From: Thermoproteota archaeon
GTDB lineage: Archaea; Thermoproteota; Thermoprotei; Gearchaeales; Gearchaeaceae
Direction: 5' to 3'
DNA: 64,000 nucleotides
NCBI GenBank assembly: GCA_021324265.1
Contig: JAJPJK010000008.1
Span: forward strand, 33,041-97,040
Part shown: positions 49,555-58,842 of the stretch, one piece after another
Position numbering within the stretch: position 1 is the stretch's first letter
Layout of the letters: every line of letters starts with the position of its first letter
The notes under the pieces: model-generated
The model's database searches: none
Told to the model about the DNA's origin: nothing
Seen by the model: only the letters and a program-made list of their open reading frames with translations
Made by a program: the position numbers and the translations under genes

Positions 49555-50634
49555 CTAACTCTTTCTAGAATCAGATTTGTTCTTTAATTTTGACATTATT
49601 GAGTTTATTTCATCTATGGATAAAGTATACGTAGGTTTCTCTGGCAGCAAGCCAGAAGGTCTAAAAATTAAAATTAAGGTTAATACTATTCCAAATGCTA
49701 AAGGAGTAAAGAATGTCACGTCGAATGGTAAATAAGGCTCTAAATAGAATTTGTAGATATCAGTCAGCCTTAATGTCACAACGAATACACTTGCGCCAAT
49801 AAAAGTACCTATATTATTCGCAAGGCCTCCTACTACAATTATGACCCAAGGATAAAATGTATAATCTAGTCGCCTATATGAATCTGCTACTACAGTTGAA
49901 AAATACATTGCCAGCAAAGCGCCTGCTAAAGCAGCGATGGCACCTGCGAACATTGATACGTTTCTTCTGTATACTACAATGTCCTTACCATAAGATTGCG
50001 CCAGCACCTCATTATCTCTAATAGCTCTCATTGCTCTGCCGAGAGGACTGTTAACAAATCTATTAATCACAAAATAAATTATCAATGCAGAAATTACGAG
50101 AATTCCTATTATAATCCATTGCTTGAGAGTATAATTAGATATCCATGCGAAGAAGTCAGGAACGGTTACGCCTACGCTCGAGTTAACAGGGTATTTTGAA
50201 TATTTACCTATGGAGACTAATATTTCACCCATAGCGAGCAAAGTCATCCCGAGATAGTCTTCCCTTAATCTTAATGCAGGGTAGCTACCTAACAAGCCTA
50301 AAATCGCTCCTATTGCCATTGCAATTATAAGCGTTAATAAAAGCAATCCTATAGAGAAGAGAGGATTTGCAGCTAAAAAAGGATCAAAGAAACCACTAAC
50401 AACACTAAAATTATTGTCATAATAATTTAACCCCTTTGAATATATATCTAGGACATATGAAAGTATGAGACCTGGAATGCTTCCCATTACGAACGCACCG
50501 CCTGCTACAGTTAATACTTTTCCAAAATTCGGAATGCCAAGATATCCAAATTCCATATTCAGACTTAAGGAGATTATGAAGTAAGCTGCAAGCCAAGGAA
50601 CAATATCACGAACTATGAGCAAGGGATCAGCCAT
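49555..50634 (-). CDS. livM: Branched-chain amino acid ABC permease LivM
   Basis: SLNMEFGY.G.PNFG, LRLREDYL, SPLGRAMRAIRDNE, RPSGL. Confidence 0.88.
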   Translation of the reverse strand: MADPLLIVRDIVPWLAAYFIISLSLNMEFGYLGIPNFGKVLTVAGGAFVMGSIPGLILSYVLDIYSKGLNYYDNNFSVVSGFFDPFLAANPLFSIGLLLLTLIIAMAIGAILGLLGSYPALRLREDYLGMTLLAMGEILVSIGKYSKYPVNSSVGVTVPDFFAWISNYTLKQWIIIGILVISALIIYFVINRFVNSPLGRAMRAIRDNEVLAQSYGKDIVVYRRNVSMFAGAIAALAGALLAMYFSTVVADSYRRLDYTFYPWVIIVVGGLANNIGTFIGASVFVVTLRLTDIYKFYLEPYLPFDVTFFTPLAFGIVLTLILIFRPSGLLPEKPTYTLSIDEINSIMSKLKNKSDSRKS

Positions 50635-50661
50635 CTTTAGCTCTATTCATTTTTATTCATA

Positions 50662-51570
50662 TTAATGTTTTAGGAACTTGCTCAGCAATCCACCAATTCC
50701 TTGCGGGAAAATAAGCAATACTATGCTCATTATAACTAAAGGTACAATAGGTTGAAATGGGATAAAAAACGTAAAACCTAAGCTAACAATGCCATAAGTA
50801 ACTAAGACTGAAGTGGCACCTACTATTATTCCGCCCAAAATTGTACCAAAAAGGCTGCTTATTCCTCCCAAAATTGTCGCAGCGAACATATATGGTAGGA
50901 ATTCATCGCCAGAATAAGTGTTAACGCTCTGGAAAAATGCAAAAAATATTCCAGCCATCCCAGTGAGCGCCCCGCTCAAAAACCAAGAGAATAAATATAC
51001 AGCATTAGTATTAATGCCAACAACTGAAGCGAGTGAAGGGTTTTCGATAGAAGCCCGCATTGCAATACCAAACTTCGTCTTAAATAAAAGTAAATATAGC
51101 GATATGAAAACAACTATAACTGCGATTATTCCTAATATGAAAGAGAAGTTTATACCAAATACATCAAAATCAGAATTAATAAAATTAACATAAGATATAC
51201 TAACAAAGTAAGTATAATTCATCCAACTAGCAAAAATATTTATAATACTATAGCTTATTATATCTAGATTTAAGGTTGCGATCATTAAGATAACTATACT
51301 TGCACCTCTGTTCATCAAAGGCCTTATAACTAGAAGATAAAAAAGTAAAGAGAAAAGTCCGACTAACAGAAATGAAACAGGAATGAAATAAAAAGGAGAA
51401 ATCCTTAAAACGCCTTGTGCAAAAATTCCAAGATAGGTACCTAACGTTAAGTATGGCCCTTGAGCGAAATTAGGAACTTTTGTTGTTTGATAAGTTAATG
51501 TTAGGCCTAATGCTGATAATATAGTAATTATCGAGTAATATACAGCAGCATATGTTATAGGGTCTAGCAT
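50662..51570 (-). CDS. livH: Branched-chain amino acid ABC permease LivH
   Basis: LGLTLTY..TKVPNFAQG, TKFGIAMRA..ENP.LA..GIN, PQGI. Confidence 0.88.
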   Translation of the reverse strand: MLDPITYAAVYYSIITILSALGLTLTYQTTKVPNFAQGPYLTLGTYLGIFAQGVLRISPFYFIPVSFLLVGLFSLLFYLLVIRPLMNRGASIVILMIATLNLDIISYSIINIFASWMNYTYFVSISYVNFINSDFDVFGINFSFILGIIAVIVVFISLYLLLFKTKFGIAMRASIENPSLASVVGINTNAVYLFSWFLSGALTGMAGIFFAFFQSVNTYSGDEFLPYMFAATILGGISSLFGTILGGIIVGATSVLVTYGIVSLGFTFFIPFQPIVPLVIMSIVLLIFPQGIGGLLSKFLKH

Positions 51571-51613
51571 TTTTGTTATAAAACTTTAAATACATATATA
51601 TAACTATTTTGTT

Positions 51614-52903
51614 ATGGCACAAACGACCTCTTGGGTAACTAGAGCAGTAGTTTTCCTAATAGTAGGTTTGCTAATAGGTGTAGCAATAGGATATTTCGTA
51701 TTCCCAAGTACTACAGCGCCAGCTCCGGCGGGAGGAGGAAGAGCTTTACCATCAGAAATAAAATTTGGTGCTTTACTTGCACTGACAGGAGAGCTCGCAT
51801 CGTTTGGCAACGACCACATGGTTGCATTACAACTAGCTGTTAGCGAGGCAAATAATTATCTTCAAAAGGCAGGAATACCTTCAAAGGTTACTTTAGATGT
51901 CGAGGACACGCAAACAAATCCTAATGTAGCTCTGCAGAAACTTCAAGCTATGTATGCAAATGGTATTAAGTTTGTTTTCGGCCCTCTTTCAAGCAATGAA
52001 CTTAGAAATTTGATAGCCTACGCAAAAAGCAATGGAATACTTCTCTTTAGCCAATCTTCAACAGCCATAGATTTGGCCAACGCTACAAGAGGCTACGTAT
52101 TCAGGGGATCTCCAAACGATGCGGCACAAGGAGTTGCGCTAGCATTGGCAATGCAAAAAGTAGGAATTAAGTATTTGATCATAATGAACAGACATGATAC
52201 TTATGGAGACGGCTTAGCATCTTCTGTAGCTACCAATTTCAAAAACCTTGGAGGAACAGTACTTGGCCAAATACCATATGATTATAATAAGCAGGAATTT
52301 ACGGTAGAGGTACAGCAATTGAACACTATGGTACAAAGTGCAGTAAATCAATATGGAAATAAAACAGTAGCTGTAGAGCTCATAGCGTTTGAAGAAGCCG
52401 CAGTCATAATAACAGAGGCCCTTCAATATCCTGTATTATCTCAAGTTAGATGGTTCGGATCTGATGGAACAGCTGGATCTGCTAAGTTAACAGAGGATCC
52501 AGCGGTAGCCAATTTCTGTATAAAGACAAAATTCTTAAACACGATAACTGCTCCTGCTGCTGAAAATGACATAACAATAAAGGTGAAGAATTACGTTATG
52601 CAAAAGTTAGGAAGGGAGCCAGATTCATATACATACGTTGTCTACGATGAATTCTGGCTTCTATTTTATGCGATATTGTCAGTAGGATATGATCCAGCTA
52701 AGGTTGCTGCTGCATTGCCCTATGTAGCACAAGGCTACGTAGGTGCTAGTGGTCCAATACAATTCGATCAATATGGAGATAGAGTGCCGGTAGCATACGC
52801 TATCCAAGCAATAGTATATAACGGAACAGCATACACATGGGAAAACGTAGGACAGTACTTACACGTAGATAACTCGGTAACGCTACAGTCAAACTACGAT
52901 TAA
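51614..52903 (+). CDS. Membrane-anchored branched-chain amino acid ABC binding protein (LivK-like)
   Basis: N-terminal anchor, GALLALTG, EDTQTNP, GPLSS, DTYGDG, GASG.I.FD..GDR. Confidence 0.88.
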   Translation: MAQTTSWVTRAVVFLIVGLLIGVAIGYFVFPSTTAPAPAGGGRALPSEIKFGALLALTGELASFGNDHMVALQLAVSEANNYLQKAGIPSKVTLDVEDTQTNPNVALQKLQAMYANGIKFVFGPLSSNELRNLIAYAKSNGILLFSQSSTAIDLANATRGYVFRGSPNDAAQGVALALAMQKVGIKYLIIMNRHDTYGDGLASSVATNFKNLGGTVLGQIPYDYNKQEFTVEVQQLNTMVQSAVNQYGNKTVAVELIAFEEAAVIITEALQYPVLSQVRWFGSDGTAGSAKLTEDPAVANFCIKTKFLNTITAPAAENDITIKVKNYVMQKLGREPDSYTYVVYDEFWLLFYAILSVGYDPAKVAAALPYVAQGYVGASGPIQFDQYGDRVPVAYAIQAIVYNGTAYTWENVGQYLHVDNSVTLQSNYD

Positions 52904-52905
52904 AT

Positions 52906-53292
52906 TTAACTGACTATTTTTATCGGTTCTATTTTTATTATAACCCTTTTTTCATTTCCTCTCCAAGGATATTTGTCTAAATTCAAATATTTCTTTGCCA
53001 GTTTATCAATATGAGCGTCAGCATTTTCATAATCGAATCCTATCACTTTTCCTTTAATATAAGCACTCCTATAAGGATTTTCATTCGAATATATGGCGAT
53101 TCCAATCTTTGAATTGTTTTTAACATTCTTAAACTTGGCTCTGGCTGTGGTCGTATTGATCAGAATAGTATCTCCATCATGATCTATCCATGTTATTGTC
53201 ACATGGGGATATCCATTCTCATCTATCGTAGCAAAGCTAGCAAAATTTTTTCCTTCAATCAAATCCAAGACCTCTTTATTTAATTTACCCAT
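52906..53292 (-). CDS. PPOX-class (probably F420-dependent) oxidoreductase
   Basis: FATIDENGYPHVT, K.KN, NPY, IDKLAKKY, RVIIKI. Confidence 0.85.
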   Translation of the reverse strand: MGKLNKEVLDLIEGKNFASFATIDENGYPHVTITWIDHDGDTILINTTTARAKFKNVKNNSKIGIAIYSNENPYRSAYIKGKVIGFDYENADAHIDKLAKKYLNLDKYPWRGNEKRVIIKIEPIKIVS

Positions 53293-53376
53293 GGATAAAA
53301 CTCCGATTAATGATGATAAATTCTTTGCGCCAGGACAGAAGCTTTAAATTGTTCCATTTAATATACCTCCAACATA

Positions 53377-54621
53377 ATGAGTAAATTCAAAACAAAGGAA
53401 GCTTTCTTCATTGCACTGGGGGGTCAGGCTCCCTTCGTTAGCTTTTTTATATTCGGAGGGTATGTCAACTCTTTATTAGGTTCTTCCAGCGCTTTAGCCA
53501 CGTTTATAGCTGGGCTATTAATATTTGTAAACGGCTTAGTTACAAATGAGCTCAGCAAACGATTTCCTTATTATGGAGGATATTACGCTTACAGCTACTT
53601 TACACTCAGCTCATCTCTTTCCTTCACCACATTCTGGACTTTTTTACTATTCAATGTAACCTACGCGTTAGCATATCTTTACGGCACTGCTTACATGCTA
53701 ACTACATACTTATTTCACAACGATCTAATTGCATTCATATTTTCACTCGCAGCAATCATGATATTGTATTCCTCGGGAAGAAAACCGACTGCAACATATG
53801 CTATCATAGCCGGTTCTTTAGAACTTGCAATCATGGTTTTCCTAGGTCTATATTTGCTTTATCTTTCATCTTTCAACTTCCTCAATCCTTTCGAAATAAA
53901 AGGAGACTTATCCCGAGGGATTCTTTTTGCTGCAGGTATTCCAACAGGCTATATAGTCCTGTCTTCCATAGCCGAAGAAGTCGAAGACTCAAGAAAGGTA
54001 ATTGGTAAAATGATGCTCATAGTAATAGTAATCGGAACGCTACTCAGTGCTTTTGACCTTTATGCGTTAAGCGCATTAAACGTGGCAGTTATAGATGCAC
54101 TTCTTTTAGGCTTGGGAATTTTTGTATTCCCCATAGTCCTCTTTACTGCCGTGAATGATGGCTTTCTCGGAGTAATGGCCTATCTTGTATCTACGACAGG
54201 TTTATTAAAATCATTGAGATATGGGTTTGGAGATTTTCTAAAAGGCAAAGCAGGCTTCTTTTCCTTCTTCATATATTTGATCATACCTATTCTGCTGTTC
54301 TATATGGTTGGAAATAACTTTGCTCTATTTGAGGCATGTGGTTATTTATCACTCTTAGCAAACTTCTTTTTGAATGCAATGGCTGCCGCAGCTCTACTAA
54401 GAATTGGAATTTCTAGACTGATTAGGAAAAGAGCATGGATATATCAATTAACCATTTCAATTTTCTCTTTGATATCGAATGTAATCATCGTTATTTTGAA
54501 CATTCAAAGCGGCGAGCCTTTACTTGTATACTTTTTTATGGGCTGGCTGATAATAGGTTTCGTAATATCATCAATAATCGAGGTAGTCAGAGAAATTCAA
54601 GAAGAAGCGAAGAAACAATAA
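53377..54621 (+). CDS. APC-family amino acid permease
   Basis: GGQAPF, GGYYAY, GIPTGY..AEE; about 12 TM helices. Confidence 0.8.
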   Translation: MSKFKTKEAFFIALGGQAPFVSFFIFGGYVNSLLGSSSALATFIAGLLIFVNGLVTNELSKRFPYYGGYYAYSYFTLSSSLSFTTFWTFLLFNVTYALAYLYGTAYMLTTYLFHNDLIAFIFSLAAIMILYSSGRKPTATYAIIAGSLELAIMVFLGLYLLYLSSFNFLNPFEIKGDLSRGILFAAGIPTGYIVLSSIAEEVEDSRKVIGKMMLIVIVIGTLLSAFDLYALSALNVAVIDALLLGLGIFVFPIVLFTAVNDGFLGVMAYLVSTTGLLKSLRYGFGDFLKGKAGFFSFFIYLIIPILLFYMVGNNFALFEACGYLSLLANFFLNAMAAAALLRIGISRLIRKRAWIYQLTISIFSLISNVIIVILNIQSGEPLLVYFFMGWLIIGFVISSIIEVVREIQEEAKKQ

Positions 54622-54627
54622 AATTCA

Positions 54628-55302
54628 TTAGCCCATAAGCTCCTTTACTTTTTTGAAAACATCTTCAAAATCTTCTTCTCTCAATCTGCCTGTCCTTCTA
54701 TTTCTCTGACTGGGATGATAAGTTAAAATGATGTATGGTGAATTATTCGATTTATATATTAGTCCATGCTCGAATTTAGGCTTTTTTATACCAAACCCAT
54801 AAACAGATTCAAATATTTTGAAGAACGTATCATAAGCGATTCTGCCCAATAGAACAATGTATTTAGGTCTTATCAACTTAAGTTCCCTAATTAAATATTC
54901 AGAACAGTTCCTTATCTCAGAGGCCAGTGGCCTGTTATTTGGTGGGGCACATCTTATACTTGCTGAAAGATAACAATTCTTCAACATTAGTCCATCATCT
55001 TTGCTCACAGAAACAGGTTTATTTGCAAAGCCGTATTTATGAAGTACTTTAACTAAAAGATCTCCTGATGCATCACCTGTGAACATCCTACCTGTTCTAT
55101 TTGCTCCATGTGCAGCAGGTGCTAAACCAAGAATAAAAAGCTCAGCTTTTCTATCTCCGAAACCTGGAACAGGCTTCCCCCAATATTCCCATTTGGAGAA
55201 TGCTTTTTTCTTTTTTCTTGCGACTTCTTTAATATAGCTCACAAGTCTAGGGCAACGAGTACAATTGATTATCTCTGAGTTTAACTTATCCCATGAATCC
55301 AT
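54628..55302 (-). CDS. udgB: Uracil-DNA glycosylase family 5 (UdgB), Fe-S type
   Basis: CTRCPRL, GLAPAAHGANRTGRMFTGD, RCAPP, YHPSQRN. Confidence 0.92.
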   Translation of the reverse strand: MDSWDKLNSEIINCTRCPRLVSYIKEVARKKKKAFSKWEYWGKPVPGFGDRKAELFILGLAPAAHGANRTGRMFTGDASGDLLVKVLHKYGFANKPVSVSKDDGLMLKNCYLSASIRCAPPNNRPLASEIRNCSEYLIRELKLIRPKYIVLLGRIAYDTFFKIFESVYGFGIKKPKFEHGLIYKSNNSPYIILTYHPSQRNRRTGRLREEDFEDVFKKVKELMG

Positions 55303-55317
55303 CTTTAAAAATTAACT

Positions 55318-55701
55318 CTACGCCCTATTAGTTTTTGTAGATAGCACTGAGATTACAAAGGAGATTAAATAAAGTGTATGAGTTGCTATGCAAAAAGGAC
55401 ATAGGGCCTTTATTATTGCGAGCTGTATATACTCTAGATATATGATGAAAGCAAGACCCAAAACTCCCAAGATTAACAAGGGAAAAAGAAGATTTCTTTG
55501 AAGCGAGAAAGCCATTGCAATGAATCCTATTATGCCAAGCAAAGAAACAGGTATTCCGAATAATTTTGAATAATTGCTTGTTATTACGAGGTCGCATCCA
55601 CCAGAAATAGGACAAGCACTTAATGTTAAAGTCAGATAAGTTAGATACGATGATAAAACCAAGCCTGAAAAAATTAAGATCAGCGCTATATACTTTAGCA
55701 T
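55318..55701 (-). CDS. Vitamin K epoxide reductase (VKOR) family protein
   Basis: Loop C..C (CPISGGC), V.S.YS.LFGIP, CPFC. Confidence 0.88.
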   Translation of the reverse strand: MLKYIALILIFSGLVLSSYLTYLTLTLSACPISGGCDLVITSNYSKLFGIPVSLLGIIGFIAMAFSLQRNLLFPLLILGVLGLAFIIYLEYIQLAIIKALCPFCIATHTLYLISFVISVLSTKTNRA

Positions 55702-55707
55702 GAATTC

Positions 55708-56892
55708 CTAATATCTGTAAAAACCTTCGTTGGTCTTTACTCCTAGCTTATTTTCCTTGACCATTTTACTCAGTAGAGGATCGATCTCTATTTCTTCGCC
55801 CGTTATTTCGCTCAGCTTCTCTAATGCAGCCACGACTCTATCAATACCAAATTCATCTGCGAATCTGAATATCCCTTTTGGATAACCAAGCCCAAGCATT
55901 ACAGCCTTATCGATATCAGACTTTGTAGCTATACCCTCTCTGAGCAAATATGCAGCTTCATTTATGGCATGAGCTAGGATTATCGAAGGATCAAGCTTCG
56001 TTGCCCTTTCTTTTTCTAGCTGAGGTTTCTGATACTTGCCTGGCCCTGGATAGGTATAAAAGCCTTTGCCAGTCTTAACACCGTATTCTTTATTCTTGAA
56101 CTTTTCCTCAAGAATAGGGCATAGCCTTGCCTTAAAGCCTCGACTCGTCATGATGCCATGTATGAAATAGAATACATCGAGACCACTATAATCAGCAACC
56201 TCAAATACACCCATAGGGAAATTCAACCTATATCTCAATACTGCATCGACATCTTCAACGTCCGCAACTCCGTTATAAACGAGCATACAAGCAGTATCCA
56301 CAACTCTCGCTAATATCCTATTGACAACGAAGCCGGGTATATCTTTGTTCACAACTACGATCTCTTTCTCTAGCTTTTTACAAAGTTGAATAGAAACATT
56401 TAACGTAGCATCATCGGTATATTTACCCCTAACTATCTCAACAAGTTTCATGAGAACTGGCGGATTGAAGAAATGCGTACCGATGACCTTGCTCTTTCTT
56501 TGAGTGGATTCAGCGATCTCAGTGATTGGTAAACTGCTAGTATTGCTAGCGAGTATAGCTTGGCTCGGAGCAAGCATGTCTGCTTTTTTAAATATATCCC
56601 TTTTGACATTGAGATCTTCAATTGCAGCTTCTATCATGAAATCGGCATCCTTCAATACCTCATCCAAGCTTGTGCTTGTCTTTATCCTCGCCAATACCTG
56701 CGAAGGCTCTTCTTTAATTTGCTTCTTCTCATATAACTTCTCTAAACTCCATTTTATCTTCTCAATTGCACTATTCAATATATTCTCTGCTACATCGTTC
56801 AAACTTACTTCAAAGCCAGAAATAGCGCAAATCTCTGCTATGCCATGACCCATTGTACCTGCGCCTATAACTGCGATCTTACTAACTTCCAT
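55708..56892 (-). CDS. 3-hydroxyacyl-CoA dehydrogenase with duplicated C-terminal domain
   Basis: GAGTMGHGIA, SNTSSL, HFFNPP, PGFVVNR, two GVKT.GFY.Y motifs. Confidence 0.93.
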   Translation of the reverse strand: MEVSKIAVIGAGTMGHGIAEICAISGFEVSLNDVAENILNSAIEKIKWSLEKLYEKKQIKEEPSQVLARIKTSTSLDEVLKDADFMIEAAIEDLNVKRDIFKKADMLAPSQAILASNTSSLPITEIAESTQRKSKVIGTHFFNPPVLMKLVEIVRGKYTDDATLNVSIQLCKKLEKEIVVVNKDIPGFVVNRILARVVDTACMLVYNGVADVEDVDAVLRYRLNFPMGVFEVADYSGLDVFYFIHGIMTSRGFKARLCPILEEKFKNKEYGVKTGKGFYTYPGPGKYQKPQLEKERATKLDPSIILAHAINEAAYLLREGIATKSDIDKAVMLGLGYPKGIFRFADEFGIDRVVAALEKLSEITGEEIEIDPLLSKMVKENKLGVKTNEGFYRY

Positions 56893-57124
56893 GAGATGTT
56901 TAGCCTTAGTAAGTTATAAGTATTCTTAAAAAACTAAAGGCTAACTATCAATAACAATTACTATTTCTCGTGTCCATCAAAAATTTCTTTAATTCCCGGC
57001 TCAAGATCATACAGTAAAGTATCATTAATGCGTTCTTTGGAAATAACTCATTTCTCAAACCTATGAATAGCTAAGCGAAGAAACTTTGTTGAGTTATTAT
57101 CGATATATTTATGTTCAATGAAAA

Positions 57125-57973
57125 ATGAATGTGTACAAAATTAAGGAAGAAGTAAGAATAAAGGAAATCGAGCTAAAAGTAAAAAACCTTGAGGAACTCA
57201 TAGAATTTTATGTGAACATTTTAGGATTTAAGGTCTTTAATGAAAAAAATGACTTTGCCGAGCTTGGTTCTGGTAAGGATCCTTTTCTAAGATTGGTAAG
57301 AGCTGAGAATTTAAAAGATGAAAGTTACAGGAGTACTGGTCTATATCACGTTGCCTATTTGCTGCCCAGTAGGAAGGATCTCGCTATCATGCTAAAGCAT
57401 CTGCTCGATTCAGAAGCTCCGATAGAAGGTTTTGCTGACCACTTAGTAAGCGAGGCAATTTACTTACGCGACCTAGAGGGAAATGGAATAGAAGTTTACT
57501 GTGATAGACCAAGGGATCAATGGATAAGAAGTGGAAATAAAATAGCGATGAGCACAGAGCAGCTTGATGTGGATTCGTTGTTAGAGCTGAGTAAAGGAGG
57601 AGATTGGAAGGGGTTCAGTGAGCATGGTAGAATAGGGCACATTCATCTCAAAGTCTCTAATCTTTCTAAAACCGAATATTTTTATACACAAGTTCTGAGC
57701 TTTGATCTAACTTTGAGATATTATGGAGCTATATTCCTCTCTACAGGAGGCTACCACCATCATATAGGAGCAAATGTTTGGCAGAGCCTTAATTCCGGAC
57801 CTAGAAGTGAGGACATGAGAGGACTTTCATACTTCACTATTAAACTCCCTAATGAGCAAGTATTTGAGAATATTGCACAAAACATTGTCAAGCATAATGT
57901 TTGGCACATCAGAGAAAAGACTGAGTTATATACAAAAGATCCTGATAATATTGCGATAAAAATTATTGCTTAA
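57125..57973 (+). CDS. VOC family protein, CatE-like (catechol 2,3-dioxygenase-like)
   Basis: TGLYHVAYLLP, DHLVSEAIYL.D.EGNGIEVY.DRP, GHIHL, GGYHHHIGANVW. Confidence 0.88.
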   Translation: MNVYKIKEEVRIKEIELKVKNLEELIEFYVNILGFKVFNEKNDFAELGSGKDPFLRLVRAENLKDESYRSTGLYHVAYLLPSRKDLAIMLKHLLDSEAPIEGFADHLVSEAIYLRDLEGNGIEVYCDRPRDQWIRSGNKIAMSTEQLDVDSLLELSKGGDWKGFSEHGRIGHIHLKVSNLSKTEYFYTQVLSFDLTLRYYGAIFLSTGGYHHHIGANVWQSLNSGPRSEDMRGLSYFTIKLPNEQVFENIAQNIVKHNVWHIREKTELYTKDPDNIAIKIIA

Positions 57974-58842
57974 AGGAATTCTTCAAGTATCTCTTTCGCT
58001 TCTTCCAAGCTGGGCATAGGTTGTTCAACGAGCGGTTTGTCTTTCAAAATCTCGAAATACTCGGTATAGGTAGGTTTCTCAGTTACGTAGAAAAGACCAA
58101 TGGGTATTTTTGGTCCGAACTCTCTGGCTTTTTTGAAGGCTGCATCGATATCTCTAGGATCATGACCAGTTTCTTCGAGCTTATAAATCCTCTGTCTGAA
58201 CCAATCATAGGTGTTAAGTTTGTTGAATGTTACACAAGGGCTGAAAACATCGATGAGCGCAAAGCCTTTGTGTAAAATTCCGTTCTTTATCAACATCGCT
58301 AAGTGCGCAGGATCTCCTGAAAATCCTCTTGCTACGTAGGTAGCACCGCCTGCTATAGCTAGAGCAATGGGATTTATTGGCTCATCTATAACTCCATATG
58401 GCGTGGACTTCGTCTTATGACCTTGCAAGCTTGTAGGTGAAGCCTGTCCTGTAGTTAAGCCATAAATTTGATTATCCATTACTATCATCGTTATATCAGG
58501 ATTTCTTCGCATCACATGTATGAAATGACCCATACCTATTCCATATCCATCACCGTCACCAACAGTCACAACAACTTCAAGCTTGTGGTTCGCTAACTTG
58601 GCTGCAGTAGCTACTGGAAGGGCTCTACCATGTATACCATGGAAGCCATATGTTGTAGTAAAGCCTGGAAGATTAGAAGAGCAACCTATGCCAGAAACTA
58701 TAAGCACATCCTTTGGTTCTAGCCTGAGCTCAGCGAGTGCTCTCTGAAGTGCGTTGAGCACACCGAAATCCCCACATCCGGGGCACCAATCAGGTCTTAT
58801 CTCACCGACAAACTTCCTTATATCAGCGACTGCTAGCGTCAT
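57970..58842 (-). CDS. 2-oxoacid:ferredoxin oxidoreductase beta subunit
   Basis: WCPGCG, SGIGCS, GDGD, YGLTTGQASPT, SPCVTFN. Confidence 0.95.
   Translation of the reverse strand: MTLAVADIRKFVGEIRPDWCPGCGDFGVLNALQRALAELRLEPKDVLIVSGIGCSSNLPGFTTTYGFHGIHGRALPVATAAKLANHKLEVVVTVGDGDGYGIGMGHFIHVMRRNPDITMIVMDNQIYGLTTGQASPTSLQGHKTKSTPYGVIDEPINPIALAIAGGATYVARGFSGDPAHLAMLIKNGILHKGFALIDVFSPCVTFNKLNTYDWFRQRIYKLEETGHDPRDIDAAFKKAREFGPKIPIGLFYVTEKPTYTEYFEILKDKPLVEQPMPSLEEAKEILEEFL

Noticed and set aside
56960-57070. Possible gene remnant on the minus strand (...ISKERINDTLLYDLEPGIKEIFDGHEK*)
   Set aside because: Too short, and has no start or motif to support it without a search.
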